Of a stretch of 30,825 nt of DNA, positions 11,333 to 22,797 are shown piece by piece. The DNA is from Octopus sinensis. Its lineage: Eukaryota. The position numbers were made by a program, and so were the translations under genes. The number at the start of each line of letters is the position of its first letter. The stretch's first letter is position 1. Below the pieces are notes generated by a model. The model was not told the DNA's origin. It saw nothing but the letters and a program-made list of their open reading frames with translations, and did not search any database. The stretch covers positions 1 through 30,825 of the forward strand of contig NW_021832901.1 of the NCBI RefSeq assembly GCF_006345805.1, written 5' to 3'.

Positions 11333-11368
11333 CTTTTACGTTTCGAGCCTACGCTCTTCGACAGAAAG
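11333..11368 (-). ncRNA. Minimal (Penelope-type) type I hammerhead-like motif with A6U core variant, inside a ~155 bp repeat (about 11239-11393) between microsatellites
   Basis: Minus strand CTTT-CTGTCGA-A-GAGC-GTAG-GCTC-GAAAC-GT-A-AAAG: stem I CTTT/AAAG, stem II GAGC/GCTC, loop-less palindromic ACGT stem III, GUA triplet. Confidence 0.6.
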
Positions 11369-11393
11369 GGACACAGAAAAAACAAGGAGATAA

Positions 11394-11426
<33 letters not shown>

Positions 11427-12151
11427 TATATATATATAATATATATACATACATATGTATGATCGTGATAAGGCTCGTCGATTTAGAGGTATGAGTGTTT
11501 GAAGAAGAGGATTAAAGCAAAGAGACAAAGAGAAAACGACTTTAAAAGAATAAACGAATACAGGAATGTGCATCTTTTTTCGATGAATGCGTGAATGTAT
11601 GTATGAGAGAAAGAAAATTGAATTCACGAGACTATTATTCCCTACACTCTACGCACACAAAGGAATTCCTGAAGAAAATACAGAGGCATTTACCTCCATA
11701 CTCTCCATACTGTTGATGACATCAGCTAGCCGAATACTGAGAACGAGCTTTAAGCGGAATACTACAAGGTGTATACCCTAATGTAAAACTTTTACACACT
11801 TTTACCAATAGATAGATAGATAGTTTACCTAATCCTTGTTTAACCCCAGGTCAGTGCTCACGAATCAGTCATATGAGGAAAATATTTCAGTTATAAGCCA
11901 CTCACCATTTACCCAGAAATATTGTAGCTAAGGCAGCATTAAATAAATAAATGAAAATAGCGTTTGTTAGAGGGTTTAGGGCTATTTAAGGAAGATTCAG
12001 CTGCTATGTTTAGCAGGTCCAACTCTTTCATTGAGTTATGCATATAAAGAGCTATACAGGTATAAAACAGAGCTTTGAGGTGGGAGACATTTGGCCCCTA
12101 TTTCGACCGCATAAAAATGCTATATTCTTTATTCTGCCTTTTTCCTGTTTC

Positions 12152-12224
<73 letters not shown>

Positions 12225-12279
12225 ATCTATCTATCCATCCATCTATATACTACTATCTATCTATCTATTATCTATCTAT

Positions 12280-12316
<37 letters not shown>

Positions 12317-12329
12317 ATATCTATCTATG

Positions 12330-12390
<61 letters not shown>

Positions 12391-12761
12391 GTCTATCTAA
12401 CCAACTACCTGTCTGTTTATCTGTCAATATGTCTGTCTGTCTTTCTACTTATCTATCAATCTATCTATTATCTTACCTACCTGTCTGTTTGTCTGTCCGT
12501 CTGTCTATCTGTCTATCCATTTGTCTGTCTGTCTGTCTGTCTGTCTTTCTACTTATCTATCTATCTATTTAACTAACAACCTTGTTTGTCTGTCTGTCTG
12601 TCTGTCTATCTATCCATCTGCCTCTCTGCGTATCTCTCTATCTACATGTCTGTCTGTTTGTGTGTCCGTCTGTCTATATATCCATTTGTCTGTCTGTCTT
12701 TCTACTTTATCTATCTATCTATCTATCTACCTGTCTGTTTGTCTGTCTGTCTGTCTATCTA

Positions 12762-12799
<38 letters not shown>

Positions 12800-12835
12800 C
12801 TCTCTCTCTCTCTCTCTGTCTATCTATTTATGTCT
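12152..12835. repeat. Compound (CTAT)n/(CTGT)n/(CT)n microsatellite with internal sub-duplications
   Basis: Direct inspection; CTGTCTTTCTACTT recurs three times (near 12438, 12541, 12693). Confidence 0.9.
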
Positions 12836-12997
12836 ACCTATTTGCATATGTCTATCTCTCTACCTCACTGTTGCTAAAGAAATAGCTGACATTTATTCAT
12901 AGGCCGAAGGAAGATTGTAAAATGTAGAAATGATGAAAGAGAATCAAAAATAATGAAAGTTTGAGGATAAAATGTTTCGCTAGGGGGCAGCACCTAC

Positions 12998-13124
12998 CTG
13001 TGAGGTTAGTGTTTGGCCACCAGCCTTTACTACAGGCTTTGCAACGAGATTCATCCAGAAGTATTTCGTTCGGTTCACATTGAGTACAAGTCCAGCAGCA
13101 GGTCGTTCTTCCCGCATGGGTTTT
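12998..13124 (-). CDS. GRM1/GRM5-like: mGluR cysteine-rich-domain exon (127 nt, phase 0 to phase 1)
   Basis: Acceptor GTTTCAG|AAA; donor ACAG|GTAGGT. Encodes KTHAGRTTCCWTCTQCEPNEILLDESRCKACSKGWWPNTNLT. Confidence 0.96.
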
Positions 13125-13416
13125 CTGAAACAGACAAACCACGTGATTCAAACAAACCACACACACACACACACCAACTATATTATATATATATATATAT
13201 ATATTATATTAGTATATATAGATATATATATGTATATATATCATATATTATATATATATATATATATAATATATATATAGTGATTATTATTATATTGAGA
13301 GGGAATATTATTCTAACTTACAGGGAAAAAATCATTTAGAAATACTAAATCAAATTTCACAAAATATATATAATATATATATATATATATCGATATATAT
13401 ATATTATTATATATAT

Positions 13417-13522
13417 AAATTAGAAAAAACCACCTTTTATCAAGTCAAAATGAACAATTAAATTACACCATCTAGAAAATTTCATATAATATATACTATA
13501 TATATATATATGTATATTATAT

Positions 13523-13558
<36 letters not shown>

Positions 13559-13577
13559 GTATATATATATATATATA

Positions 13578-13620
<43 letters not shown>

Positions 13621-13700
13621 TATATAAATTAGAAAAAAACCACCTTTTATCAAGTCAAAATGAACAATTAAATTACACCATCTAGAAAATTTCATATAAT
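13417..13700. repeat. Short tandem duplication (~75 nt unique unit twice) separated by a (TA)n tract
   Basis: AAATTAGAAAAAACCACCTTTTATCAAGTC...TTTCATATAAT at about 13417-13490 and 13626-13700. Confidence 0.9.
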
Positions 13701-13724
13701 AGAAATATTAATTAAAATAACAAT

Positions 13725-13762
<38 letters not shown>

Positions 13763-13930
13763 TATAATATATATATATGAGGAGATAATGGTGTCATTGA
13801 GACCCAAAGGTGTCAGGTAATGCTGAATAAGTGCTATAGACAGACCATAGTAAGTTCCAGATTCGGTAATATTGCGAACGTTGGTTCTATGTCACCGTGT
13901 GTATATAAGAATTTTTTGCGTAATGAAATT

Positions 13931-14059
13931 AAAAACCAAGGCTGTATAGATATTACAGCATTTATAAATAGGTCCGAAGGGATATTATTAATTACTATTC
14001 TAGAAACAGCTGTAAGACCTGTCTATAAATGCTCTAATATCTATACAGCCTTGTTTTTT
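13931..14059. repeat. 44-bp inverted repeat with 41-nt spacer (MITE-like or long hairpin)
   Basis: Arms 13931-13974 and 14016-14059 are reverse complements with 4 mismatches. Confidence 0.9.
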
Positions 14060-15274
14060 TATCTTATTACGCAAAAAAGTCTTATATATATATATACATA
14101 CATACATACATCCCATTCAATGCTTTTCATTCGTTTATCCTTTCTTGTCCTCCCCACTATCTCACTTTACATATCCTTCCCTTCGTTTTTCTCCTTTCTT
14201 TCTCTCTCTGTGTACATATCTTCCCTCCTAACCTAGCAGCCGACTTACTGCTTTAACCATGCATGTATATTGGAGTTTCATCAATTTCTTTATAAATTAT
14301 TTCGTTTTAAAAAGTAAGAATGTGTCTCAAAACGCTATCCATTAACACACAAATAGATTAGTCATCATATTTACATATAAAGCCTGTCTGGCAGTGGCGC
14401 GAGAAGGTCACGTAAAAACTCTCCTCCGTTCAATATGTCGCATGACAAAAAAGAGAGTTATGAATAAATGGTATAGTAATTCTTTACGCGAAAGTGTTAT
14501 AGATAATTATTGTTTATAATTCTGTCGAAGAAAAATGTTATCAATTACTATTAGTTCATATATAATAGATATCTATAATAGCAGTATATTCGCTAATTAA
14601 TCACGCGTTATGAAATCAATATTACGACTATATACGCCATCTTGAAGACGGCATGTTTGTAATAGAGAGAGAAAGAGAAAGTGTGTGTGTGTGTGTGGTG
14701 TGTGTGTGTGTGTATGTGTGTGTGTGTGGGTATATGCATTGAGTTAATGTTTAAATACTATAAAATATATCCAGTGTAGTTAAGAGCTCAATTATTAAGC
14801 TATATCCAACGAAATAACCATAATTTGTCATTAATTTGAATATATGTAAATCAGATAAATCCAATATCCAATACAATACATTTAGAATAAATGATGTGGT
14901 TTAATCATCATATTTAAAGTAATTAATTATGTATTGATGTATATTAATTAACTAATTAATTAATTCTATGAATGATGATGTATGTAGTTTAGTCGCTGAT
15001 ACGACTGTAGAATTTATATTGAAGTTATGAAAAACTGAAATATTTGCTTTTTACCATCCCCCACTCTCTCTCTCTCTCCCTGTGCACACACACACGCACA
15101 CACACACACACACTCACGCACACACACTCTCACACATACTCACGCACACACTCCTGATTTTGACAGGCAGAGTGATACATATTAACGAGTTTTTAGAACT
15201 CAGTAAAAGTATACTTAAGAATTTAAGCGTAAGACGAGTACAAAGTGTAATACCAATAAATGAAAGTCAAAAGC

Positions 15275-15410
15275 GGCGAGGAGCTGGCAGAAGCGTTAGA
15301 ACACGGGGCGAAATGCTTAGCGGTATTTCGTCTGTCTTTACGTTCTGAGTTCAAATTCCGTCGAGGTCGACTTTGCCCTTCATCCTTTCGGTATCGATAA
15401 ATTAAGTACC
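15275..15410 (+). mobile_element. tRNA-derived SINE (5' part)
   Basis: A-box-like TGGCAGAAGCGTTAG and B-box GAGTTCAAATTCC, followed by the body GTCGACTTTGCC.TTCATCC shared by several copies in the window. Confidence 0.85.
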
Positions 15411-15666
15411 TCCACCCCCAACACACCGAGTCATTAGAATTTCCAGCTGAATTCCCAAGCGTGGCCAACTGTGGCTTTGGACATTATCTCATTATTGCTC
15501 TCCCCTCGGGTCTTCTGCCAGTTCACTCAGCTTGAAGAATATCAGTCTTGCAATCCTCTCCTTTCAGAGGAGTGGGAGGCAAGGACGGAAGGATTGTAAT
15601 GTTGATAAATTTATTCGACTTTTATAGTTTTCTTGTTTTATACCATTTTTTTGTTATATTTAAATT

Positions 15667-15814
15667 AAGTACTCAACTGATACTTAATTTATCGACCTCG
15701 AAGGGATGAAAGGCAAAGTCGACCTCAGCGGAATTTGAACACAGAACATAGTGACGGTCGAAATACCGCTATGCATTCTGTCCGGCGTGCTAACGATTCT
15801 GCCAGCTCGTTGCC
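15667..15814 (-). mobile_element. tRNA-derived SINE, inverted relative to 15275-15410
   Basis: Reverse complement aligns to the 15275 copy with about 24 mismatches over ~136 nt (counted by eye). Confidence 0.85.
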
Positions 15815-15815
15815 C

Positions 15816-15859
<44 letters not shown>

Positions 15860-15860
<1 letters not shown>

Positions 15861-16323
15861 CTAACACAGATAGAGAAATTAAGGCCAACAGACAAGATAT
15901 AGTTGTCAGAGATCATGAAGAAAAAAATGCTTTCTAATTGATGTATCAATACCGGCAGATGACAACGTGTCTCAAAAGAAAGGAGAAACTCTCAAATACA
16001 AAGACCTTGAAATAGAGGTAACTAGAATGTGGAACCTGAAAACAGAAAACAATTCTATCATAGTAGGTGCATTAGGCATGATAAAATATTCAGACAAATA
16101 CATAACAAACACACCAGGACTTACAAACACATATAACATACATAAAATTGCACTACTAGGCACTGCACACATCCTACGCAGAACACTTTCCATACAATAA
16201 CCATCAGAGCATCACAACAAATCACAGCACATACCCAAGGCACACAGAGCTGCGCTCGGTAGTGAAGTGAAAGCACGCTATAAAAATAAAACTACTGAAT
16301 GATAATAATAATAATAATAATAA
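15860..16323 (+). mobile_element. 5'-truncated R4/Dong-type non-LTR retrotransposon (RLE endonuclease C-terminus, 3' UTR, (TAA)n tail)
   Basis: Frameshifted translation ANRQDIVV...LIDVSIPADDNV...KYKDLEIEVTRMW...IIVGALG...ALLGTAHILRRTLS* matches the PD-(D/E)xK RLE domain. Flanked on both sides by (TAA)n (15817-15859, 16302-16323). Confidence 0.88.
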
Positions 16324-16529
16324 CGTTTGTAGTAACGCAGCTGTGATCTTTCAGTGCAGAGAAGTAGCGGTTCAGCCTGGACAGGTTCCTTCATCTTCGA
16401 ACTATGCACTCTGTCGAGTAATGAAAGCTACATGAAAATACATCCTCATGATTTTTGTACTTTCATGGTTTAGAATTTTATTTTCTCGCCTTCGTTTTAC
16501 CTCTTTATTGTTTCAGTTACTACTTACGA

Positions 16530-17050
16530 CGGCTCCGACCAACGACCGCACCATGACCTTCACCACTGTCGACCACATCCGAAGGTAGGCGCTGTTAACG
16601 TGTAGAGATTATGTTCGAAGCTTCAGTGAGAATACAAATTAAGATGTCACATGTCACAAGTCACCTGGTCACAAGCATTCATATGTCACATGCATTCACA
16701 TGTCACAAGTCACCGGTCACATGCATTCACACATTGGGGAAGGGTGATCCGTAGCAGTTCATCTTGCGCTCGAATGTCGACTGTCGCAGGGGGTTCGATG
16801 ACCAAGTCCCCACTGGTCATCGGAGAAGACGTAGTCGGGGTTCGAAGCCGGTTCTAGAGACAGGCTTTAACAAAAGTTAAGGGGTGTCTCTCTCCCAGTG
16901 GTCTTCCAAAGACGCCGAGCACGAACCCGGAACGTTTGAGGGGGCCGTGCTATTGCTAGAAGTCGTTGAGCCTACACTAGATTCATCCGTCAAAAGGACG
17001 AAGATTGCTTTAGTGTTCTATGACAAACCATATCGCCTGCCTCACATTCC
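16530..17050. other. Unassigned GC/CpG-rich island with a short TCACATG/TCACAAG repeat cluster
   Basis: Visibly more GC- and CpG-rich than the intron; TCACATG/TCACAAG repeated many times at 16648-16730; no family recognised. Confidence 0.45.
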
Positions 17051-17392
17051 TTTCCCATTCTTATTTGTCAGTTGTTATATAATCATTTAAAGCTAAAACA
17101 ATCATTGTTATCTCCCCTTTCCTGCCTGGGCGTAATTTTCTCCTGTCATCATCCCACATGTCTCGGGGCCCTTGAAAAATAGAATGAGTCTAGCACCTCA
17201 CGCTCAAACAGAGGATATTAAGTTTATTTGTCCTTCTGTTGTTTTTACGTTGAAGAAAGACTCTGCCCGAAACGTTGGATATTCTACTTCCTGCGGCAAT
17301 TTTACTGTATTCTTTTTGTCGCTTTCTATAAATGATACAAGTCTTGAAGATGTAGATCACCACCAGCGTCTTTGCATTCTGTTTCATATGAT

Positions 17393-17427
<35 letters not shown>

Positions 17428-17437
17428 TATATAATAT

Positions 17438-17473
<36 letters not shown>

Positions 17474-17512
17474 CATTCACATGTATGTAGTATATTATCT
17501 ATGTGTATATAT

Positions 17513-17556
<44 letters not shown>

Positions 17557-17624
17557 TGCATGCATATATATATACACACACACATGTACACACCACCACA
17601 CAACACACACACACACACACACAC

Positions 17625-17666
<42 letters not shown>

Positions 17667-17897
17667 AGCACGTGTATATATATATGTATGTATGTATATG
17701 TAAATGTATATACATTCATACACTCATTCCCGCTTCTATTTTTTCTACTTTCTACATCTTGTTGCCTAGCAACTAGAGAGAATTATGGTAAAATCGGTCT
17801 GAAGCTCATATCTGATCTGGCCGAATCTCAGCTAACAACCGAAACTGCCCAATCTTATTCTTTCCCTCAATTTTCATTGATTTTTGTTTTTCTTTCG

Positions 17898-17998
17898 GAG
17901 GAGAGGAGTGGGGGGCAAGGACGGAAGGTTGGGAATTTTGATAAATTTATTCAACTTTCATAGTTTTCTTCTTCTTGTTTTAGACCATTTTTTTTAAT
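17898..17998 (+). repeat. Dispersed repeat copy (partner at about 15565-15652)
   Basis: GAGGAGTGGG.GGCAAGGACGGAAGG...TTGATAAATTTATTC.ACTTT.ATAGTTTTCTT occurs at both sites. Confidence 0.8.
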
Positions 17999-18144
17999 AT
18001 TTTCACAAAATATTGTCTTCACTTTTGTTTCAGTCAAAATGATAATGATGATGATGATGACGATGGCAGTGGTGGTGTTGGTGGTAGTGATAACAATTAT
18101 AATGATCATAGTAATGATGATGATCACAACAACAATAAAATAGC

Positions 18145-18196
<52 letters not shown>

Positions 18197-20654
18197 TAAT
18201 AATAATAGCTGCATTGTTGTCGTTTGTTTTACCATTTTCTTTGGTTATTGCCGAATTTCTGTTTGTTTTGATGTTTGCCTAGCACGCCATTTTGCTTGTC
18301 TTAGTGGTCCCCGCTTCTTCTCTCTCCACTTCTCCACCCCCACCCCATCTCCCCCACACAAACAACTATGTAAACACTTTGTCAAACTACAAACAACTAC
18401 ACCATACTAAATATGAAAGAACTTTGATTTGGAATACAAATGAGGGGGAAACAAATAAAAGTGGAAAATTACTTCAGACACAGGAAAACTATAAACATGT
18501 GAAATGTTGAAGACATTAATACGCATGCGTGAAAAAAAATTAGTTAACGGAAACATTTGCATAATTTTTCTGTTAATGATTTGGTCTGAAAAAAAAAAAA
18601 GTTGCTCATGTTTTTGCTAGTCTCCATGACCGTAGCATGAGCGTCGGTGAGAATCTTAACCAACCGCCAGTTGAGGTTTGGGAAAAAACTTTTTGGAATG
18701 GCGTTTTCAGAAGACTGGTATTTTTCGTCTTTTTGGAGGAAGGATTGGGAATCGGGGTGAAGGGGGTCAGGATGGGAAGCCGCTTTTCCTGTTCCCCAGG
18801 TATCTGTGACATTGCAGTCTTTAGATGTAGAAGAACGGACAGATGCAAAATGTGACCTGCAAAGATGAGAAACCTTGCTTTTGAAAGTGCATTGTATTCA
18901 CCGGATCAGTAACTTGTGTGGACGCCATTTTGTTTATTCTTCCCTCGCTATTAAATTTATCTTTTTCGTCCAATATTATCAGAATACAAACATAAAGTAA
19001 TCTTTGATTCTAGAATTCGATGATAGCCTTATCGATTATTTTCCACTCTGTGTGTATAGTAAGAAATACCATTTTTTTTTATACATCTACCGACAAGGCG
19101 CGCGCGCATATATACAAATACACACACACACACACACACACAAAACGCACATAAACACACACATTCGCAGACATAAAACACACACACACACAAACACATG
19201 AACACACACATACACAAACACACGCACACACACACACACATACACACATGCACACATTACATTTATGAACTATATTTTGAATTTAATTATATCATTAATT
19301 ATATCATGAAATGTGAGGTGTTTATTCTGTGAATATAAAAACAGAAACTTTTAAATAACGTTTTCCGATGTATTTACTCAGCGGATAAAAGCCATGACGA
19401 TGCCGAAAGCGCTGCCGCTCGGATGCTCTCTCTGCTGTCTGTGCGTCTGCTGCTCTTTGTATATGTCTATGTGTATATCGAAATGGCTACTGTGTGCATA
19501 CGTACGTATGTGTATGTACGTGTGTATTTATTAGGTGGTCTTTGTATGTATGAGTATCTAAAAGGCTAGTCTGTGTGTGTGTGTGTTGTGCGTGTGTGTG
19601 TGTGTGTGTGCATGTATGTATTTTCTACTATTCACACTATGTATAGATGTTCGTTGGCCATGGCTACCAGATGTGTGTATGTATGCATGTGTATTTGCTA
19701 CTGTTTACACTAGTTGTTTGTTTGTTGGCCTTGTATTTATGTATGTTCATGTATCTAAACAGTTACTCTGTATGTGTGTGTGTACGTGTGTACGTGTGTG
19801 TGTGTGTGTGTACGTGTGTGGTTGTGTGTGTGTGTGTGTGTGGTTGTGTGTGCCTCTGAACCATTGTCGTCTGTTTCTGTATGTCTGTCTTTCACTGAAA
19901 TATTTAAACATCGCCAATATATACACACGTGTTTACGTATGTGTTTGTATAAACACAACAGCTTTCTTTCAAACATATTATATTAAAACACGACTATGTT
20001 CCTGTTTAATCTTGTATTTTATTTTATGATTTCGTATTTCTATTTAAAACCTTGGCAGTATTTTGGAACAAAAGTCCCTAGACTTATTTTTATCGACACA
20101 TCCAGACTGGCTCAGTATCCTCATCTGGATAAAAAGTGGTGTCCGCTTCCGTTCTGCATCCTTTTTGCAGACGGTGGTTTTTTTATTTATTCAGACTTTG
20201 TCAAGCCAGAGTTTCACCGTTGGACATCTGCGTCATCAGGCGCGTATTTTGGCCGCCGAACTGCCCCAGCATCAATCACGTGCGTAACCTGTTCGTGATG
20301 CGTGTATAATATCTACGTTTATCATAACTCCGTGTTATGATATAAATATTGCTTTCATATTTAATCGCCTATTTTGGGGGAATCTTGAATAGAATTGATG
20401 TATTGCCTGTGAATGTTTTGCTCTTTAGCTCTGCGCATTGTAAATGCATCATGATCCTTGGGGCGGGTGATGTGCTCGTACGGATAATGTAACAGAATCG
20501 TATAGTTTTCAGCAATCGCAATTACAGTTCAGTATATAAATAGCATTGGCCATTTGGAATTTGATTTCGGGTTTACATGTTTGTAATGTGTTAGCAATAA
20601 GCAGGTTCTGGAATTTAATGTCTTATATTATTGGTCTCATAATTTAACACTAGG

Positions 20655-20838
20655 GCAGCAACTTCGAGTGAGGAGGCAAGCCGATTACATCAGCCCCCAG
20701 TACTAAACTGGTACTAATTTTATCAACCCCGAAACGATGAAAGTAAAAAAAAAGAACACACAAAGGTCAACCTCAGCGGAATTTGATCTCAGAACGTAAG
20801 GACGGATGAAATAACGCTGACTCCGCCAACTCGCCGCC
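20655..20838 (-). mobile_element. tRNA-derived SINE (degenerate, with internal insertion)
   Basis: CCCCGAAACGATGAAAG...GTCAACCTCAGCGGAATTTGATCTCAGAACG matches the family of 15667 and 27120. Confidence 0.75.
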
Positions 20839-21504
20839 TTTTTGTAATATCTCATTTCTATCAGCTTCTGGTTTGAGGTGAAGCATTTTGTTCTTCACTT
20901 TATGAAGTTTTTGATTATGGGTTCTTCTGCACCGGGCACTTGGTTCCTGTCATACACTTTGCGTGAACTTGATGCATTTCTAGTTGGAGTAGGGCTTTAT
21001 GCATTTGTTGTATTTCTGTCCATCGTGGCTTCGTCTACATTTCTATTTGAATATTCTTTGCGGTTGTTTTATTCTGTGAAATTCTTTGCCTGGTGATTCG
21101 ACATTTGTGTGTGTGTGTGCGTACGTGTATGTATATGCATGTGTGTGTGTGTGAGTGTGTGTGTGTGAGTGTGTGTGTGTGTATGTGTTGTGTGTGTGTG
21201 TGTGTGAGTGTGTGTGTGTGTGTCCGTCCGCTGCTTAGGATTTATCGTTAATTTGAGCTTCCTTAAATAATCTAATAAAATCTACTTGTTTTGAAAACTT
21301 TGAATCTTGTGTATTATTCGAACTCGTGTGTGTACGTGCGCATGCGTGCGTTCGTGTGTGTGCATACATTATATATATGTATATATTATATATATCTATA
21401 TATATATATATATATATTATATAATATATATTATATATATATATAATATATATATTATATATTATTATATTTATAAATAGTTTTATAACTCCAGTCATAA
21501 GCAC

Positions 21505-22260
21505 GTATATATAGTAAGTAAAAGTATCATGGATTCCATTATTCTTATAATTAGACAAACAACCAATTCACTATTATTGGATAACAATACTTCAGTAATT
21601 AATTGCTTCAACAGCATTAGTAACAAGCATCTCTCTATATTTATACAACTTGACATCATCGGCTTTTATCCTTCGATAACTAAATCTTTGCTCCAAAAAG
21701 CATTAATTTTCGCCAAGAATTATATTTCTCTCACTGATTCTGAGATTAAAGTAATCAGGAATGCAAGATCGTTGCTTTCTTTCGCTAATGATCGATAGGT
21801 TTAGAAGAATGATATTAATTCTTTCAATGTAGCATTTCTAGCCTATATTCTGCGGAAATTTGTTCTTATATTTTACATTTTTGATATTTTACATTTATTA
21901 AATAACAACAATCATAATTTACCAAGTGGTTTTTATTGAGATGATGGGCGCACTATTAAACGTAATATAATGTCTATCAACCAGCCAGTTTTAGAAATAA
22001 AATATCTTTGGTTTATTTAAAGTCTTACACCTAATGATTATTATTGATAAAAATTTAGAATTACTTAGCTTTCTTAGATATGGTTTTAGGTATAGAAATA
22101 AATCAATAACTACCAATTTATAGCTACATGAAAAATTCCATTCAAGAATTTAGCTTCAAACTATTCACTGGCATTATAATAATTTAGTGGAAAGTGTCAG
22201 TATAGATTTATGCAGTATTTCATCTGATATATGTACCTTAAACAAAACATGTCTGTTATA
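21505..22260 (+). mobile_element. Decayed Penelope-like element reverse transcriptase
   Basis: NTSVINCFNSISNK...FIQLDIIGFYPSITKSLLQKALIFAK...ARSLL, then GFY*DDG at 21928-21948 (TGA probably from CGA, i.e. YRDDG), then FLDMVL. These motifs are typical of PLE RTs. Confidence 0.75.
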
Positions 22261-22310
22261 ATTAAGGGTTGGAGCACAATGGTTTGATGTTATAATTAAT
22301 TGCTTTGATG

Positions 22311-22450
<140 letters not shown>

Positions 22451-22719
22451 CTTTGCACAGCTTCTAACGCTGGAGATGTACTGCGTTGCCACCTGCTCAC
22501 TCCCCATGAACTAAGGTAACAGCCCTTATTTTTTGAGCACCATCCGGAGTATTCGAGCGGTTCCAATCAGTGCTGTTTTCTGCAGGTGCTCCACCCTTAT
22601 TACAGCCCCTATTTGTTCCATGTACTTCTCAAGATTTTTACTCACTGTTTCCAGGGCTCCGACAATTATTGGTACAACTACCACCTTTTACAGCGACCAC
22701 AACTGCTTAACCTCAACTG

Positions 22720-22720
<1 letters not shown>
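22451..22720 (-). mobile_element. R4/Dong-type LINE 3' fragment (RLE C-terminus)
   Basis: Minus strand EVKQLWSL*KVVVVPIIVGALETVSKNLEKYMEQIG...LQKTALIGTARILR, followed by 3' UTR and (AAT)n tail. Confidence 0.82.

Positions 22721-22797
<77 letters not shown>

Noticed and set aside
17247-17276. Hammerhead-like ACGTTGAAGAAAGACTCTGCCCGAAACGTT on the plus strand
   Set aside because: It resembles the 11333 motif, but the core start and stem II pairing are broken and there is no stem I; at best a decayed relative.
18283-18935. Two YY1-like CGCCATTTTG motifs (near 18285 and 18924)
   Set aside because: Short motifs that are also common in DNA transposon ends; no supporting context.
20090-20260. Minus-strand CTGATGA...GAAACT...AAGTC plus two small hairpins (ATCCAGA/TCTGGAT, CCGT.CTGCA/TGCAGACGG)
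   Set aside because: Core and GUC triplet are present, but stems I and II do not pair; it cannot be called a ribozyme and may be a decayed retroelement end.
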